64,000 nt of DNA from the IMG/VR virus record IMGVR_UViG_3300032038_000042; one strand, 5' to 3'. The position numbers were made by a program, and so were the translations under genes. The stretch's first letter is position 1. Each line of letters begins with the position of its first letter. This DNA is from a virus. Taxonomy: Duplodnaviria > Heunggongvirae > Uroviricota > Caudoviricetes. The notes beneath the pieces are model-generated. The model had not been told where the DNA came from. It worked only from the letters and a program-made list of their open reading frames with translations, and did no database searches. This document shows, one piece after another, positions 47,651-56,590 of the stretch.

Positions 47651-48748
47651 ACGAACTTCATCTACTTTAGGAGGTTCTCTAAGTTTAACGTTTTTCCTTT
47701 CTTCCTCTTCTTTGTAGTAGTCAAAAACATTTTGATCTAAATCAGGTTGGAAATCTCCAAGTACACCATCTTTGCAAGCCCACCAAGATTCATCTACATC
47801 AATTAAAGTACCATCGCAAGGTGCTCTAACTTCTCCTTCAAGACTTTGGTCTATCGGATTTTCAATAAATGCAATTTGTTCACCTTTTTTATAATGTCCT
47901 AGAGGATTTCCTCTTAAATATCTGTAAATACCATCTCCGTAAGTTGTAAGTTGGAAAGACTTCTTATCGTAAAGATTTGGAAGATAAGTAAGGTTGTAGT
48001 TATTTCCTTTTTTCCAGAAAGTGTGTTTAGGAAATTTTACAGCACTATTTCTTTCATCATACTGCCACTCTCTATCAAACACTTTATCAAAAGTCCAAAG
48101 TTGACCAATTGCCGTTAAGAATTTTTCAAAATCATTTACTTCCCATTCTACCCAATTTGGATCTCTTCTTTGATCATAACCCATCCCTGAAAATTCATAA
48201 GTAAATGCAATTTTATTAAAATCAATATCTACATGTCTTTTAATAGTCGGAGTATCATCTGTTAAAATAAATTGTGTTTTACTTCTTATGGCCCAATCAA
48301 TGTATGTAGGTGCATTCTTATTTAATGCAATCGAAATGCACGAAAGGACGTTTGGACTATTATGTACATCTACAACAACGTCAACATTTCTAATAATTGA
48401 TTCTAACTCATCCATTACAGCTTCTTTTGTAGTTTGAGTAGTTGTATTAAAATACCTATTTAAATCGTTTGTTTCTGTTTCTTCTTCCTGAATAAATTCC
48501 CTTTCGTTATACTTTAATCCATTTTGATTGAGTGCATTTACTACAGTCACTCGGTTAAAGTACGTGTTCTTCCACCAACCCTCTGTACTGTTAGGATTTA
48601 TTTTTCTTAAAAACTCTGAAACCATTTTTACAGCATTAGATTCATTTCCGTGAGTTCCACCAATTACTAAAAGATGTAGAGCGTCATTTTCCCTGTCTGC
48701 ATCTTTTTTAAACCATTCGTTTTCTAATTTTATTGTTTGCTTATACAC
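47648..48748 (-). CDS. Zinc-dependent hydrolase of the succinylglutamate desuccinylase/aspartoacylase (AstE/AspA, M14-like) family
   Basis: ...LLVIGGTHGNESNAV... (the GG.HGNE metal-binding motif of the family). Confidence 0.55.
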   Translation of the reverse strand: MYKQTIKLENEWFKKDADRENDALHLLVIGGTHGNESNAVKMVSEFLRKINPNSTEGWWKNTYFNRVTVVNALNQNGLKYNEREFIQEEETETNDLNRYFNTTTQTTKEAVMDELESIIRNVDVVVDVHNSPNVLSCISIALNKNAPTYIDWAIRSKTQFILTDDTPTIKRHVDIDFNKIAFTYEFSGMGYDQRRDPNWVEWEVNDFEKFLTAIGQLWTFDKVFDREWQYDERNSAVKFPKHTFWKKGNNYNLTYLPNLYDKKSFQLTTYGDGIYRYLRGNPLGHYKKGEQIAFIENPIDQSLEGEVRAPCDGTLIDVDESWWACKDGVLGDFQPDLDQNVFDYYKEEEERKNVKLREPPKVDEVR

Positions 48749-48763
48749 TTATAAACCTCCTTT

Positions 48764-49075
48764 TTACAGAAAAATATATCCAAACTTTTCTAGCTCTTTA
48801 AATCCGTTTTCCCCTTTTCCAAAAATAATTTCTTCGCCCGAAGGAAGAATTACTGAATATGTAGGTTCATTTTCTCTTCTTTTCATTACTGATCTGTACT
48901 TGTAACAGACACCACTTTCCAACAAAATTGAGTAAAGAGTATAATTGTTTCCTTCTTTCTTTTGGTATACATGCCATTTGCTTATACTTCTCAAGTCTAT
49001 TAATCTATCTTTACCAAAAACTTTAAGCATAATAGGTTTACCATTGTACTCGTCCAGAGTAATATCCTCACTCAT
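48764..49075 (-). CDS. Hypothetical protein
   Basis: Trimmed to the ATG (MSEDITL) preceded by GGGGAAAACA. The longer ORF would overlap tdk by 113 nt. Confidence 0.4.
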   Translation of the reverse strand: MSEDITLDEYNGKPIMLKVFGKDRLIDLRSISKWHVYQKKEGNNYTLYSILLESGVCYKYRSVMKRRENEPTYSVILPSGEEIIFGKGENGFKELEKFGYIFL

Positions 49076-49643
49076 TGTTTTCCCCTTTCTCATTACATCT
49101 TCTATTGTAGCATTTTGCACAAAGACATAAATATTTCGAATCACCAACTTCAATTGCGGATGTTTTGTTAAAGTTAGCATAAGAGTAATTAGCTATTTCG
49201 CTTCCGCAATCTTGACATACAGAATTTAATTTTTTGATTTTTTCGCAGAAAGGAAGGATTTGAATTGTTTCAGGGAAAAGGTTACAATCTGAATCTGCTA
49301 ACAATCCTCCAAAATAAACATCATAATCGTTTTGATAACATAGTTGATGAGCACCAGGAATCATAAAGTACTCATCTACAAAAACTGCTTCAAACTTTTC
49401 GTAAACAATCCAATCTAGAAAACCTTTTTTAATATCTTCGACTTCTTCAATAAAGAAAAGATCTTTAAAGTTTTCTTCAAGCTTTTTTAAATCAACTCCG
49501 CCAGAGTGTGTAAAATAACCTCTGTCATCTTTCTTTGGGCGTATCAAAAGGACTTTCTTTTTAGCAAATAAGCATCTTTCCAACCGCTGAAAAAGTGCAG
49601 TTGATTTGCCAGAATACATTGGTCCGCAAATTAATGTTTTCAT
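49068..49643 (-). CDS. tdk: Thymidine kinase
   Basis: P-loop ICGPMYSGKST and ...VDEYFMI..., plus a C-terminal zinc ribbon CQDCGS...CAKC. The 191-aa length is typical of type II TK. Confidence 0.8.
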   Translation of the reverse strand: MKTLICGPMYSGKSTALFQRLERCLFAKKKVLLIRPKKDDRGYFTHSGGVDLKKLEENFKDLFFIEEVEDIKKGFLDWIVYEKFEAVFVDEYFMIPGAHQLCYQNDYDVYFGGLLADSDCNLFPETIQILPFCEKIKKLNSVCQDCGSEIANYSYANFNKTSAIEVGDSKYLCLCAKCYNRRCNEKGENNE

Positions 49644-49684
49644 ATGAACTCCTAATCGAAAATATAGATTAGGAGGTTTTAAAG

Positions 49685-50050
49685 CTAGCAGTAACAGTCA
49701 AAATCGCTACAATCTAATTTTGCTTCTTTAAGTATCTTTTTAATTTCTTCAGGTTTAAGTTTTTCAAAATTTTCAAGCTCTTTAAGGTAACCTTCCATAC
49801 TATCTCTAAAGTATCTTGCTTCATCTTTAAGGTCTTCGTAGGAACTTTCAAGCTCGTCGTAATCTTCCTGTGGAACTGTTTCTTCCTCTTCACAGTCTTC
49901 TCCGTAAAAGATGTCTGCAAGCTTATCGATGACTTCTGAAATCTCGTTGTAGTTATATGGATACTCTTTCTCTTTAAGCATGCTTAAATGATCAATCAAA
50001 TAAAGTTGAGCTTTTCCTTTTACATCACCAATGTTCATTTTTACCTCCAT
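49685..50050 (-). CDS. Acidic hypothetical protein (121 aa)
   Basis: Asp/Glu-rich ORF between tdk and dut. Confidence 0.45.
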   Translation of the reverse strand: MEVKMNIGDVKGKAQLYLIDHLSMLKEKEYPYNYNEISEVIDKLADIFYGEDCEEEETVPQEDYDELESSYEDLKDEARYFRDSMEGYLKELENFEKLKPEEIKKILKEAKLDCSDFDCYC

Positions 50051-50051
50051 A

Positions 50052-50086
50052 GCGAAAGCTGCTCAAGAAAACGAGCAGCTTTTTTC
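50052..50086. terminator. Hairpin GAAAGCTGCTC / GAGCAGCTTTT (third copy of the same stem)
   Basis: Perfect 11-bp stem with an 8-nt loop. The T-run is on the plus strand only. Confidence 0.5.
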
Positions 50087-50089
50087 CTT

Positions 50090-50608
50090 TTACTTTCCGC
50101 TAGAACCGAATCCACCTTCTCCACGATTTGTAGAATCGAGTTCGTCAACTTCTTTTACCCAAACGTACTGGCTCTGATTAACCATATCTGTATTAAAGAT
50201 TGGATGACAAATCATCTGGCAAACTCTTTCACCTTTTTTAATCTCAAAAGGCTTCGTAGTTGTATTTACCAAAATAGCTCCAACTTCTCCACGGTAGTTT
50301 GAGTCAATCGTTCCCGGAGTATTCAAAACAGTAATACCATTTTTAAGTGCTAAACCGCTTCTTGGACGAATGTCACCAACCCAACCCTTTGGAATAGCAA
50401 CTTTAAATCCGAGAGGAACTAAAACTCTTCCTAAGCCTTCTTCCAATGTAAAAGGAGGAACAGTTACATCTGCATTTGCGTAACAATCCATTGCTGCATC
50501 ACCTGCTCTCGAGTATTCAGGAAGATGAGCATCTTCAGTTACCTTCTGAAAATTGATTCTTGCAAAAATCGCTGAATCGTCTTCTTTTTTAAGATCTTCG
50601 TATGTCAT
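50090..50608 (-). CDS. dut: dUTP pyrophosphatase
   Basis: ...RSGLALKNGITVLNTPGTIDSNYRGEV... and ...GERVCQMI... are the conserved dUTPase motifs (172 aa). Confidence 0.8.
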   Translation of the reverse strand: MTYEDLKKEDDSAIFARINFQKVTEDAHLPEYSRAGDAAMDCYANADVTVPPFTLEEGLGRVLVPLGFKVAIPKGWVGDIRPRSGLALKNGITVLNTPGTIDSNYRGEVGAILVNTTTKPFEIKKGERVCQMICHPIFNTDMVNQSQYVWVKEVDELDSTNRGEGGFGSSGK

Positions 50609-50647
50609 GTCTTAAATTATAGAGCGATTTGAATGTTTTGTTCCTTT

Positions 50648-51232
50648 TTAACGCTTTCGAGTTAACGTAAATTTCTTTTTAATGTCTGTAGTCACTTTAT
50701 CTTTTATTGGATCATATCTGTAACTTTCTACAAAAAAGTCTTTATTGAGACAATCTGCGTTCAAAGCATTTCCTAAATGCAAATGATACTTCCAAAAGTC
50801 TTTGTCATACTCTTTCAATCCGTGAGTTTCGCAGTAATGAGTAAAACGCTTTCTGCACAATTCAAGCGGTTTTAAACTTAACTCGTTTCCAAAAACATTT
50901 TTAGGGTAATCTTTATTTATAGAAATACCTGCAATTAAAGCGGCCATTATTAAATTACCACTTCCGCAGGTTGGATCTAAAATTGTTTTTGTTGCAAATT
51001 CTTCTAAAGTACAATCGTACATCTCCAGCATATCCGCGCAAAGGATTGGGGGCGTGTAAAAGGCTCCCAATTCATCCCTTTCTTCTTTTGTAAGACCACC
51101 GTATTGGTCTGTACCTGATTTTATTTCGTTGAGATATTCTTCCGATTCTCTTTTTATCTCTTCTTTAATTTCTTCTGAAAGTTTCATAATAATAATTATA
51201 GTGAGCTTTAATGAAAAGTTTTCAATATTCAT
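50648..51232 (-). CDS. N-terminal half of a gamma-class amino-methyltransferase (motifs X and I only), truncated
   Basis: ...GAFYTPPILCADML... (motif X) and ...ILDPTCGSGNLIMAALIAG... (motif I, SAM binding). No NPPY motif in the 194-aa ORF. Confidence 0.5.
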   Translation of the reverse strand: MNIENFSLKLTIIIIMKLSEEIKEEIKRESEEYLNEIKSGTDQYGGLTKEERDELGAFYTPPILCADMLEMYDCTLEEFATKTILDPTCGSGNLIMAALIAGISINKDYPKNVFGNELSLKPLELCRKRFTHYCETHGLKEYDKDFWKYHLHLGNALNADCLNKDFFVESYRYDPIKDKVTTDIKKKFTLTRKR

Positions 51233-51236
51233 AACC

Positions 51237-52067
51237 TTATAGTTTCAAATAGTTTACGGAAAACAGACGATATTTTTCTTTCAACCTCAACTTTTCTTTT
51301 TCAAAATTATTTTTGAAATTTTCGTAGTTGAATTTTCTGTACAACTCCTCAATCTCTTTTCCCGTTAAAAAGTTCCAAACCATTACATTCTTCAATGAGT
51401 CTTCTACGAAAAGGTTTAAATTGTTTTTATACCTCTCCCAATTTTCAAAAAGATTTTTCAATACTTCATTTTTCGCGGAGTTGATTTCCAATTGTACTTC
51501 AAACTCTTTTTTAATTTCATTCCAACCCTGCAAAGTCCTCACTTCCATTAAATTGTTGAAGTCAAAAACCCCAATTCCGTCGAATCCGTATAAATCACTC
51601 TTTACAGAAACATCCAAGGTGTAAAAAGCATTACGCAAAATCTTTCCACTATTTCCTTCAATGTTTACAAAACCCTCAAAGCCCAATTCTTTTAAGATTT
51701 CAATTAAGCACTCTCTTTCTTCAATCTCAAAAACATCTAACCAATTGTTATCTGCTAACAAAGGTAAAGCGCCTAGCCAACCGTACATTTTGTTCTTTCT
51801 AAAAAAATCTTCAAGTATTCTACAATCCTTTTGAGATCTTGCATTGAAAAGATTTAAAGGTTTTTTAATTACAAATTGAGAAAGGTAATTAGCATTTTCT
51901 ACAATAGGTTTATCAAAATCTTTTGAGAAATTCAAAGCATACAATACTTGGGTAGAAACATAAGGACAACAAAATGCTCCTGATTTCCACTCCTTGTATT
52001 TTGAACCTCTCCAAAGTATTCTACCTTTGTTTTTTAAGAATTGTTCTTTTAAAATCATATTAATCAA
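51237..52067 (-). CDS. Hypothetical protein, paralog of 52962..53726
   Basis: Shares WRGSKY/YRGSLY, NLFNARS/NLFNANS, LGFEGFVN/LGFDGFVN and IGVFD/IGLFD with the ORF at 52962. Confidence 0.5.
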   Translation of the reverse strand: MINMILKEQFLKNKGRILWRGSKYKEWKSGAFCCPYVSTQVLYALNFSKDFDKPIVENANYLSQFVIKKPLNLFNARSQKDCRILEDFFRKNKMYGWLGALPLLADNNWLDVFEIEERECLIEILKELGFEGFVNIEGNSGKILRNAFYTLDVSVKSDLYGFDGIGVFDFNNLMEVRTLQGWNEIKKEFEVQLEINSAKNEVLKNLFENWERYKNNLNLFVEDSLKNVMVWNFLTGKEIEELYRKFNYENFKNNFEKEKLRLKEKYRLFSVNYLKL

Positions 52068-52156
52068 AAAATACCTTCAATAACATCCTTTCTAAATCCT
52101 TCACAATCAAAGTAAGTATATCTCCTGAAAACTCTTGATCTAAGTTAGATTAGCTT

Positions 52157-52954
52157 CTAATCCTCCCTTTCGTAAAGGTATTCGAACAACGTTCCAAAAA
52201 AGTCAAGTTTCACATTTTTACTGATTCTAGGGTCCCAATAAACATTCATTACTTTTTTAATTTCTTCAGCATCTACGATTTTATTATTCTTTGGTAGTTT
52301 GTCATTTTTAATATCTTCAAAAATATCCATAACAGTTTTGTGAATCACTTTTTCACTCTTTTCACCATTCAGGTTGTAAAGAATTTTTAATTTCTCTCCT
52401 ACTTCCCTAGCCAAAGCATCTACTTCATACTGATTCGAAAAATACTTTACATTTCTTTCAATACCTAAATCGTATGGTAAATCAGGATCGTATTGAATGT
52501 AATTCCTATTTATTTTTAAGGGTTTTAGACCTTTCTTACTCATTGATTTATCAATTTTATTTTGTTGCTGAAAATGTGTGTCCTCGTGTACAAAAGCTGT
52601 CCAAACATAATCTGCTATTTCATATAATTCCTCTTCATCTAACAGCTTTATTAAATCTAAAGTAGTTTTATCTAAAAGAAAAACGATCTTGTTTTCTGTA
52701 ATATCATAGTATCCACTTAAACCGGATTCTATCTGAAATAATCCAAAATGATTTCTAGTATTAAAATTATCAAAATCCTTTTTAGTTTTTTTATCTAAAA
52801 GATAATCTCTTAAATTTCTAAAAAAACTTAAAAATAAAGACTTGTCGGATTTTTTGTACACCTCTGTTAGAATTTGGTTGCATAAACCCTCTTTTAAGGA
52901 GATTGTTTTTATCTGATAATTTTTAAAGTTTATTGTTTTCATTTTCTTCACCAT
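52157..52954 (-). CDS. Hypothetical protein with an HExxH (zincin-like) motif
   Basis: ...YVWTAFVHEDTHFQQQNKID... Confidence 0.45.
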   Translation of the reverse strand: MVKKMKTINFKNYQIKTISLKEGLCNQILTEVYKKSDKSLFLSFFRNLRDYLLDKKTKKDFDNFNTRNHFGLFQIESGLSGYYDITENKIVFLLDKTTLDLIKLLDEEELYEIADYVWTAFVHEDTHFQQQNKIDKSMSKKGLKPLKINRNYIQYDPDLPYDLGIERNVKYFSNQYEVDALAREVGEKLKILYNLNGEKSEKVIHKTVMDIFEDIKNDKLPKNNKIVDAEEIKKVMNVYWDPRISKNVKLDFFGTLFEYLYERED

Positions 52955-52961
52955 AGTTTAG

Positions 52962-53726
52962 TTAGGAGAGCCTGAAGGTCTTCCTATGGCTTTCTAATTT
53001 GAATCGCTCTTGTAATTTCTCTGGATTTATATTATTCACTATACTTTCAATATCATCTAAACTAATAAGGTGTTTGTTTACATCGGATAACAGAATCAGT
53101 TTGATCAAGTCTTTTTTATTGGATACAAGATCAAATTTATCCTCCGCAAACATTCTTACATACTTTAGTTCATTTTCTATATCAGCTTTTACTTTTGGAA
53201 TTTTAGAGATTTCTGAAAAGCCTTTATACTGTTTTCCTTGCTTGAAAAACTTCAAATGGTCAAATAATCCAATACCTGAAAAGGATCTTGTGCTTCCGAA
53301 GTTTCGTCTTAGGTAAAAACCTTTTACATGTTCAAAATTCACAAATCCATCAAAACCAAGATCCTTTAGAAACTTTATCAACTCTTCCTTTTTATCTGGG
53401 CTTAACAAAAGCCAATCCTCTGTACGCAAAGTTTTCAAATCCTGTAAGGATATCGAACTTTCTTTTTTTGTTAAGTATGTTTTAAGTATCTGAAAATCCC
53501 TGTCAGAGTTTGCATTAAAAAGATTACAAGATTTGTTTAAGTAAAATTCAGTTACATATCCTACTTCGTGAGAACCCTCATCCGTAGCATAATACAGAGC
53601 ATAAGAAGGTTCTGAAGTTACATAAAAGCACTTAAAAAGAGATAGACTTTCGTTCCAAAATGGATATAAAGAGCCTCTGTAAAATAGTCCTCCGAGTCTT
53701 TTTAGTTTTTGTTCTGTAATTAGCAT
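52962..53726 (-). CDS. Hypothetical protein, paralog of 51237..52067
   Basis: See the shared motifs listed at 51237..52067. Confidence 0.5.
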   Translation of the reverse strand: MLITEQKLKRLGGLFYRGSLYPFWNESLSLFKCFYVTSEPSYALYYATDEGSHEVGYVTEFYLNKSCNLFNANSDRDFQILKTYLTKKESSISLQDLKTLRTEDWLLLSPDKKEELIKFLKDLGFDGFVNFEHVKGFYLRRNFGSTRSFSGIGLFDHLKFFKQGKQYKGFSEISKIPKVKADIENELKYVRMFAEDKFDLVSNKKDLIKLILLSDVNKHLISLDDIESIVNNINPEKLQERFKLESHRKTFRLS

Positions 53727-53756
53727 TTTCTTTCTTCTCCTTTAAGTGTCGTTTTT

Positions 53757-54380
53757 CTAACCTCTGTACTTTACCAAATTACTCCAATCCTTTTCTTTTA
53801 CAATTCCAAATCCATAAATATGGATAGTTTCAGCGATTTGAGACTCTTCAAAAGGTTGTAAAAGTTTGTAAGGATAATAATCATTGAAGTCAACAATTAT
53901 AGCATTCAAGGAATTCATAGATTCTGTTAAATGTTTCATTGGCTCGGATAAACTTTTACTTGGAAGGGTAATATCAAATTCGTGTAAAAACTTACTATAC
54001 CTTGCGACTGTAATTTCATAGTTTGTAAACATGTCTAGAAAGGACTGATTTGTACCTTTTACAAAGTTTTGAGAAAGTTGTGGTTTTTTATCCAAAAGTT
54101 CCTTTATTCTTTTGATATTATTCTGTATTCTCTTATCGACATTCTGAATGTTGTAATACAGCTCTTTAAGTTCGTTTACCGCGTTTTGTTTTGTTTTTGC
54201 TTCAAAAAGCTCTCTATTATCTTCGGAGAACTCTTTTACTTGGGAGATGTATTTTTGAAACAAATAGATGTTATGACGTAAATCCTCGATTTCAACAGTA
54301 AGTTCATCTGTTTCTTCTGTAAAATCAATTTCCATTTCATTCAAGATGTCTTCTGCTTCTTTTTCTGTTAATTCGCTCAT
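53757..54380 (-). CDS. Hypothetical protein (207 aa)
   Basis: ORF in the leftward operon. Confidence 0.45.
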   Translation of the reverse strand: MSELTEKEAEDILNEMEIDFTEETDELTVEIEDLRHNIYLFQKYISQVKEFSEDNRELFEAKTKQNAVNELKELYYNIQNVDKRIQNNIKRIKELLDKKPQLSQNFVKGTNQSFLDMFTNYEITVARYSKFLHEFDITLPSKSLSEPMKHLTESMNSLNAIIVDFNDYYPYKLLQPFEESQIAETIHIYGFGIVKEKDWSNLVKYRG

Positions 54381-54398
54381 AACAATAATATAGGTTTT

Positions 54399-54917
54399 TT
54401 AATTGTCGTAATTCTTGAGAGTTTCTTCCTTGATCATGGCACGCATTTCGTCGTACTTTTTGTGAGCTTCTTCAGGAGAGATAATCTTAAATCCAAAACT
54501 CTGAACAACCTCGGAATTGTTGTACACTTTTATATTATTTTCCATTACATTAAACCTTGCAATAAGTCTTTTATGTAAATCGATTACTTCTGTATATTTT
54601 TGTAAAGCAGGTAATTTCAAAGAGAATTGAATATTGTCAAGCCTGTTTATTGACTCTATGTACTCACTGTTTATTTCTTCAATTTCATCCTTTGAAAGAG
54701 TCTTATAAAAAAGTCTTAATTCATCACTGTAACAAGTTTCAATTCTCTCAATTACATCCTCAATTAAAGTTAAAGCTTCCTGCATCTGCTCAATTGCAGC
54801 TTTTTTCCTTGATTCAACATCCTCTTTGAGAGCTTGTGTTCTGAACTCTGTATAAGCATGGGAGTATATTTGTAAGTAATTGTTTAGTTCTTCAAACAGT
54901 TTTAATAGTTTTTGCAT
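54399..54917 (-). CDS. Hypothetical protein, tandem paralog of 54935..55483
   Basis: Both begin MQKLLKLF(E/D)(E/K)L and end ...FGFKIISPEEA(H/A)K(K/L)Y... Confidence 0.5.
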   Translation of the reverse strand: MQKLLKLFEELNNYLQIYSHAYTEFRTQALKEDVESRKKAAIEQMQEALTLIEDVIERIETCYSDELRLFYKTLSKDEIEEINSEYIESINRLDNIQFSLKLPALQKYTEVIDLHKRLIARFNVMENNIKVYNNSEVVQSFGFKIISPEEAHKKYDEMRAMIKEETLKNYDN

Positions 54918-54934
54918 ATATCACTCTTCTAGTC

Positions 54935-55483
54935 TTATCTTATAAGAGTTCTTCCGTTTAGTTTGCTGTTTTCTTTTAATTCCTGTTGAAGTATCTTATA
55001 CCTTTCTCCGTATAATTTTGCGGCTTCCTCTGGGGAAATTATTTTAAAACCAAATTTTACAACCTCTAGCTGCTTGTTGTAAAACTTGATATTGTTGTTT
55101 AAAATCTCAAATTGCTTAGTTACTTGAGAATGCATTTCTATAAGTTCTGAGAACTTCTGAACCCCTGGTAAAGTCATTTCTACTTTAATGTAGGTAACTT
55201 CATTAAACAATTCCTGATATCTATCTGAAATTTCCTCTGCAGCTTCTTTTGTAAGAGTTTCTAATAACCCTACATAACCTTCTTTTGTAAAACATTTTGA
55301 AATTTTTTCTCTAAGATACTTTATTTCTGCTAGCGCATACTCCATTCTACTTTTTGCATCTTCAGCTGTTTCATGAGTAAATGATTCTTGTTTACGTAAG
55401 CAGAGTTTGTAATTGCGATAAGCATCCTCATATTCTAAAATCCAGTGCTGTAATTTATCAAAAAGTTTTAATAGTTTTTGCAC
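54935..55483 (-). CDS. Hypothetical protein, tandem paralog of 54399..54917
   Basis: See previous entry. Confidence 0.5.
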   Translation of the reverse strand: MQKLLKLFDKLQHWILEYEDAYRNYKLCLRKQESFTHETAEDAKSRMEYALAEIKYLREKISKCFTKEGYVGLLETLTKEAAEEISDRYQELFNEVTYIKVEMTLPGVQKFSELIEMHSQVTKQFEILNNNIKFYNKQLEVVKFGFKIISPEEAAKLYGERYKILQQELKENSKLNGRTLIR

Positions 55484-55634
55484 AAGCTACCTCTTTTTAC
55501 CTTCTCTATATCTTTTACTCCTTCTCCAAGAAATCCTCTTCTTGTAAGTCGTTAAAAGTAATAACCTCTTCTTTAATTTCTTCTGAAAGCTTCATAAACG
55601 TATATATTATAGGTCGCTGTTTTGCACTTTTTAA

Positions 55635-56588
55635 CTAAAGCTTCCCTGCGTAGGAGGAAGACCATCTTAGCATATTATAATCCAAGACAGTAGCAATGCC
55701 ATAAACGAGAGTGTCATCGGATTCTATAAGCACTCTCTCTTGCTCTTCGTCAAAAAAGAAACAACATTCGTCCTCAACTATGTTAATGTTTACAGAACCA
55801 AAGAAAGGGTTTTCTTCTTTAAAGTGCCTCCAGCTAAAATAATGAAATGTTACATTACCTATTTCACCTTGAATATCTGTCAAGAAGCGATACTTTTGAA
55901 GCATCATTTTAATGTATTTAAGTATTTCTAAACTAGAATGATTCCAAGTCCTACGCAAGTACTCTATATGGGACTTCCTGGCGTCCAACTTATTATCAGT
56001 ATACAAAATGTCCTTATAACCATACATAAATGGTTTTTCATAAAGGATGTTTAAGGCCTTAAAGTTTTCTTCGATGTAATTTCTTAAAGAATCTTTAACA
56101 CCTACGCCAATAATAACACCCTTGATAGCTTCTTTAAAAGACTTTACGTATTCTACTGGCCCACAGATTGACCTTTTGCAGAGTCTTACTTCTTTTTCAT
56201 GTTTCCAATCTAGTGATTTTTTATACTGTAGAAAATCTTCGCTATCACGATAAATAACATCATGAATCTCAATACTGTTATCCTTTGCTATGCTTTCTAC
56301 TTTTACTCTATCAAAAATTAAACAAAGACCTTTGTGATTGCAATAGTATGACCACATTAAATTATTTTTATATGCGTTTTTTGATAAGGAAGCTATTTTT
56401 AAATAAAATTTTAAGTTTTCTATTTCCTGAAGCATCTCAGATGTATTGTTAACACTAAAAAACTCTTTTGGGTCGTTAAGATAAGATGCTTGGCTAAATT
56501 TAAGACTACTTAAACATCCATTTATATCCTTTTTATTACTAACGTTAACAATTTTATACAAAAAATCTTTTTCATTAAGTTGTAACAT
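55635..56588 (-). CDS. Hypothetical protein (317 aa), possibly DUF2971-like
   Basis: ...ASYLNDPKEF... and ...WSYYCNHKGLCLIF... weakly resemble the NDPxE/aromatic core of DUF2971. Tentative. Confidence 0.4.
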   Translation of the reverse strand: MLQLNEKDFLYKIVNVSNKKDINGCLSSLKFSQASYLNDPKEFFSVNNTSEMLQEIENLKFYLKIASLSKNAYKNNLMWSYYCNHKGLCLIFDRVKVESIAKDNSIEIHDVIYRDSEDFLQYKKSLDWKHEKEVRLCKRSICGPVEYVKSFKEAIKGVIIGVGVKDSLRNYIEENFKALNILYEKPFMYGYKDILYTDNKLDARKSHIEYLRRTWNHSSLEILKYIKMMLQKYRFLTDIQGEIGNVTFHYFSWRHFKEENPFFGSVNINIVEDECCFFFDEEQERVLIESDDTLVYGIATVLDYNMLRWSSSYAGKL

Positions 56589-56590
56589 TT

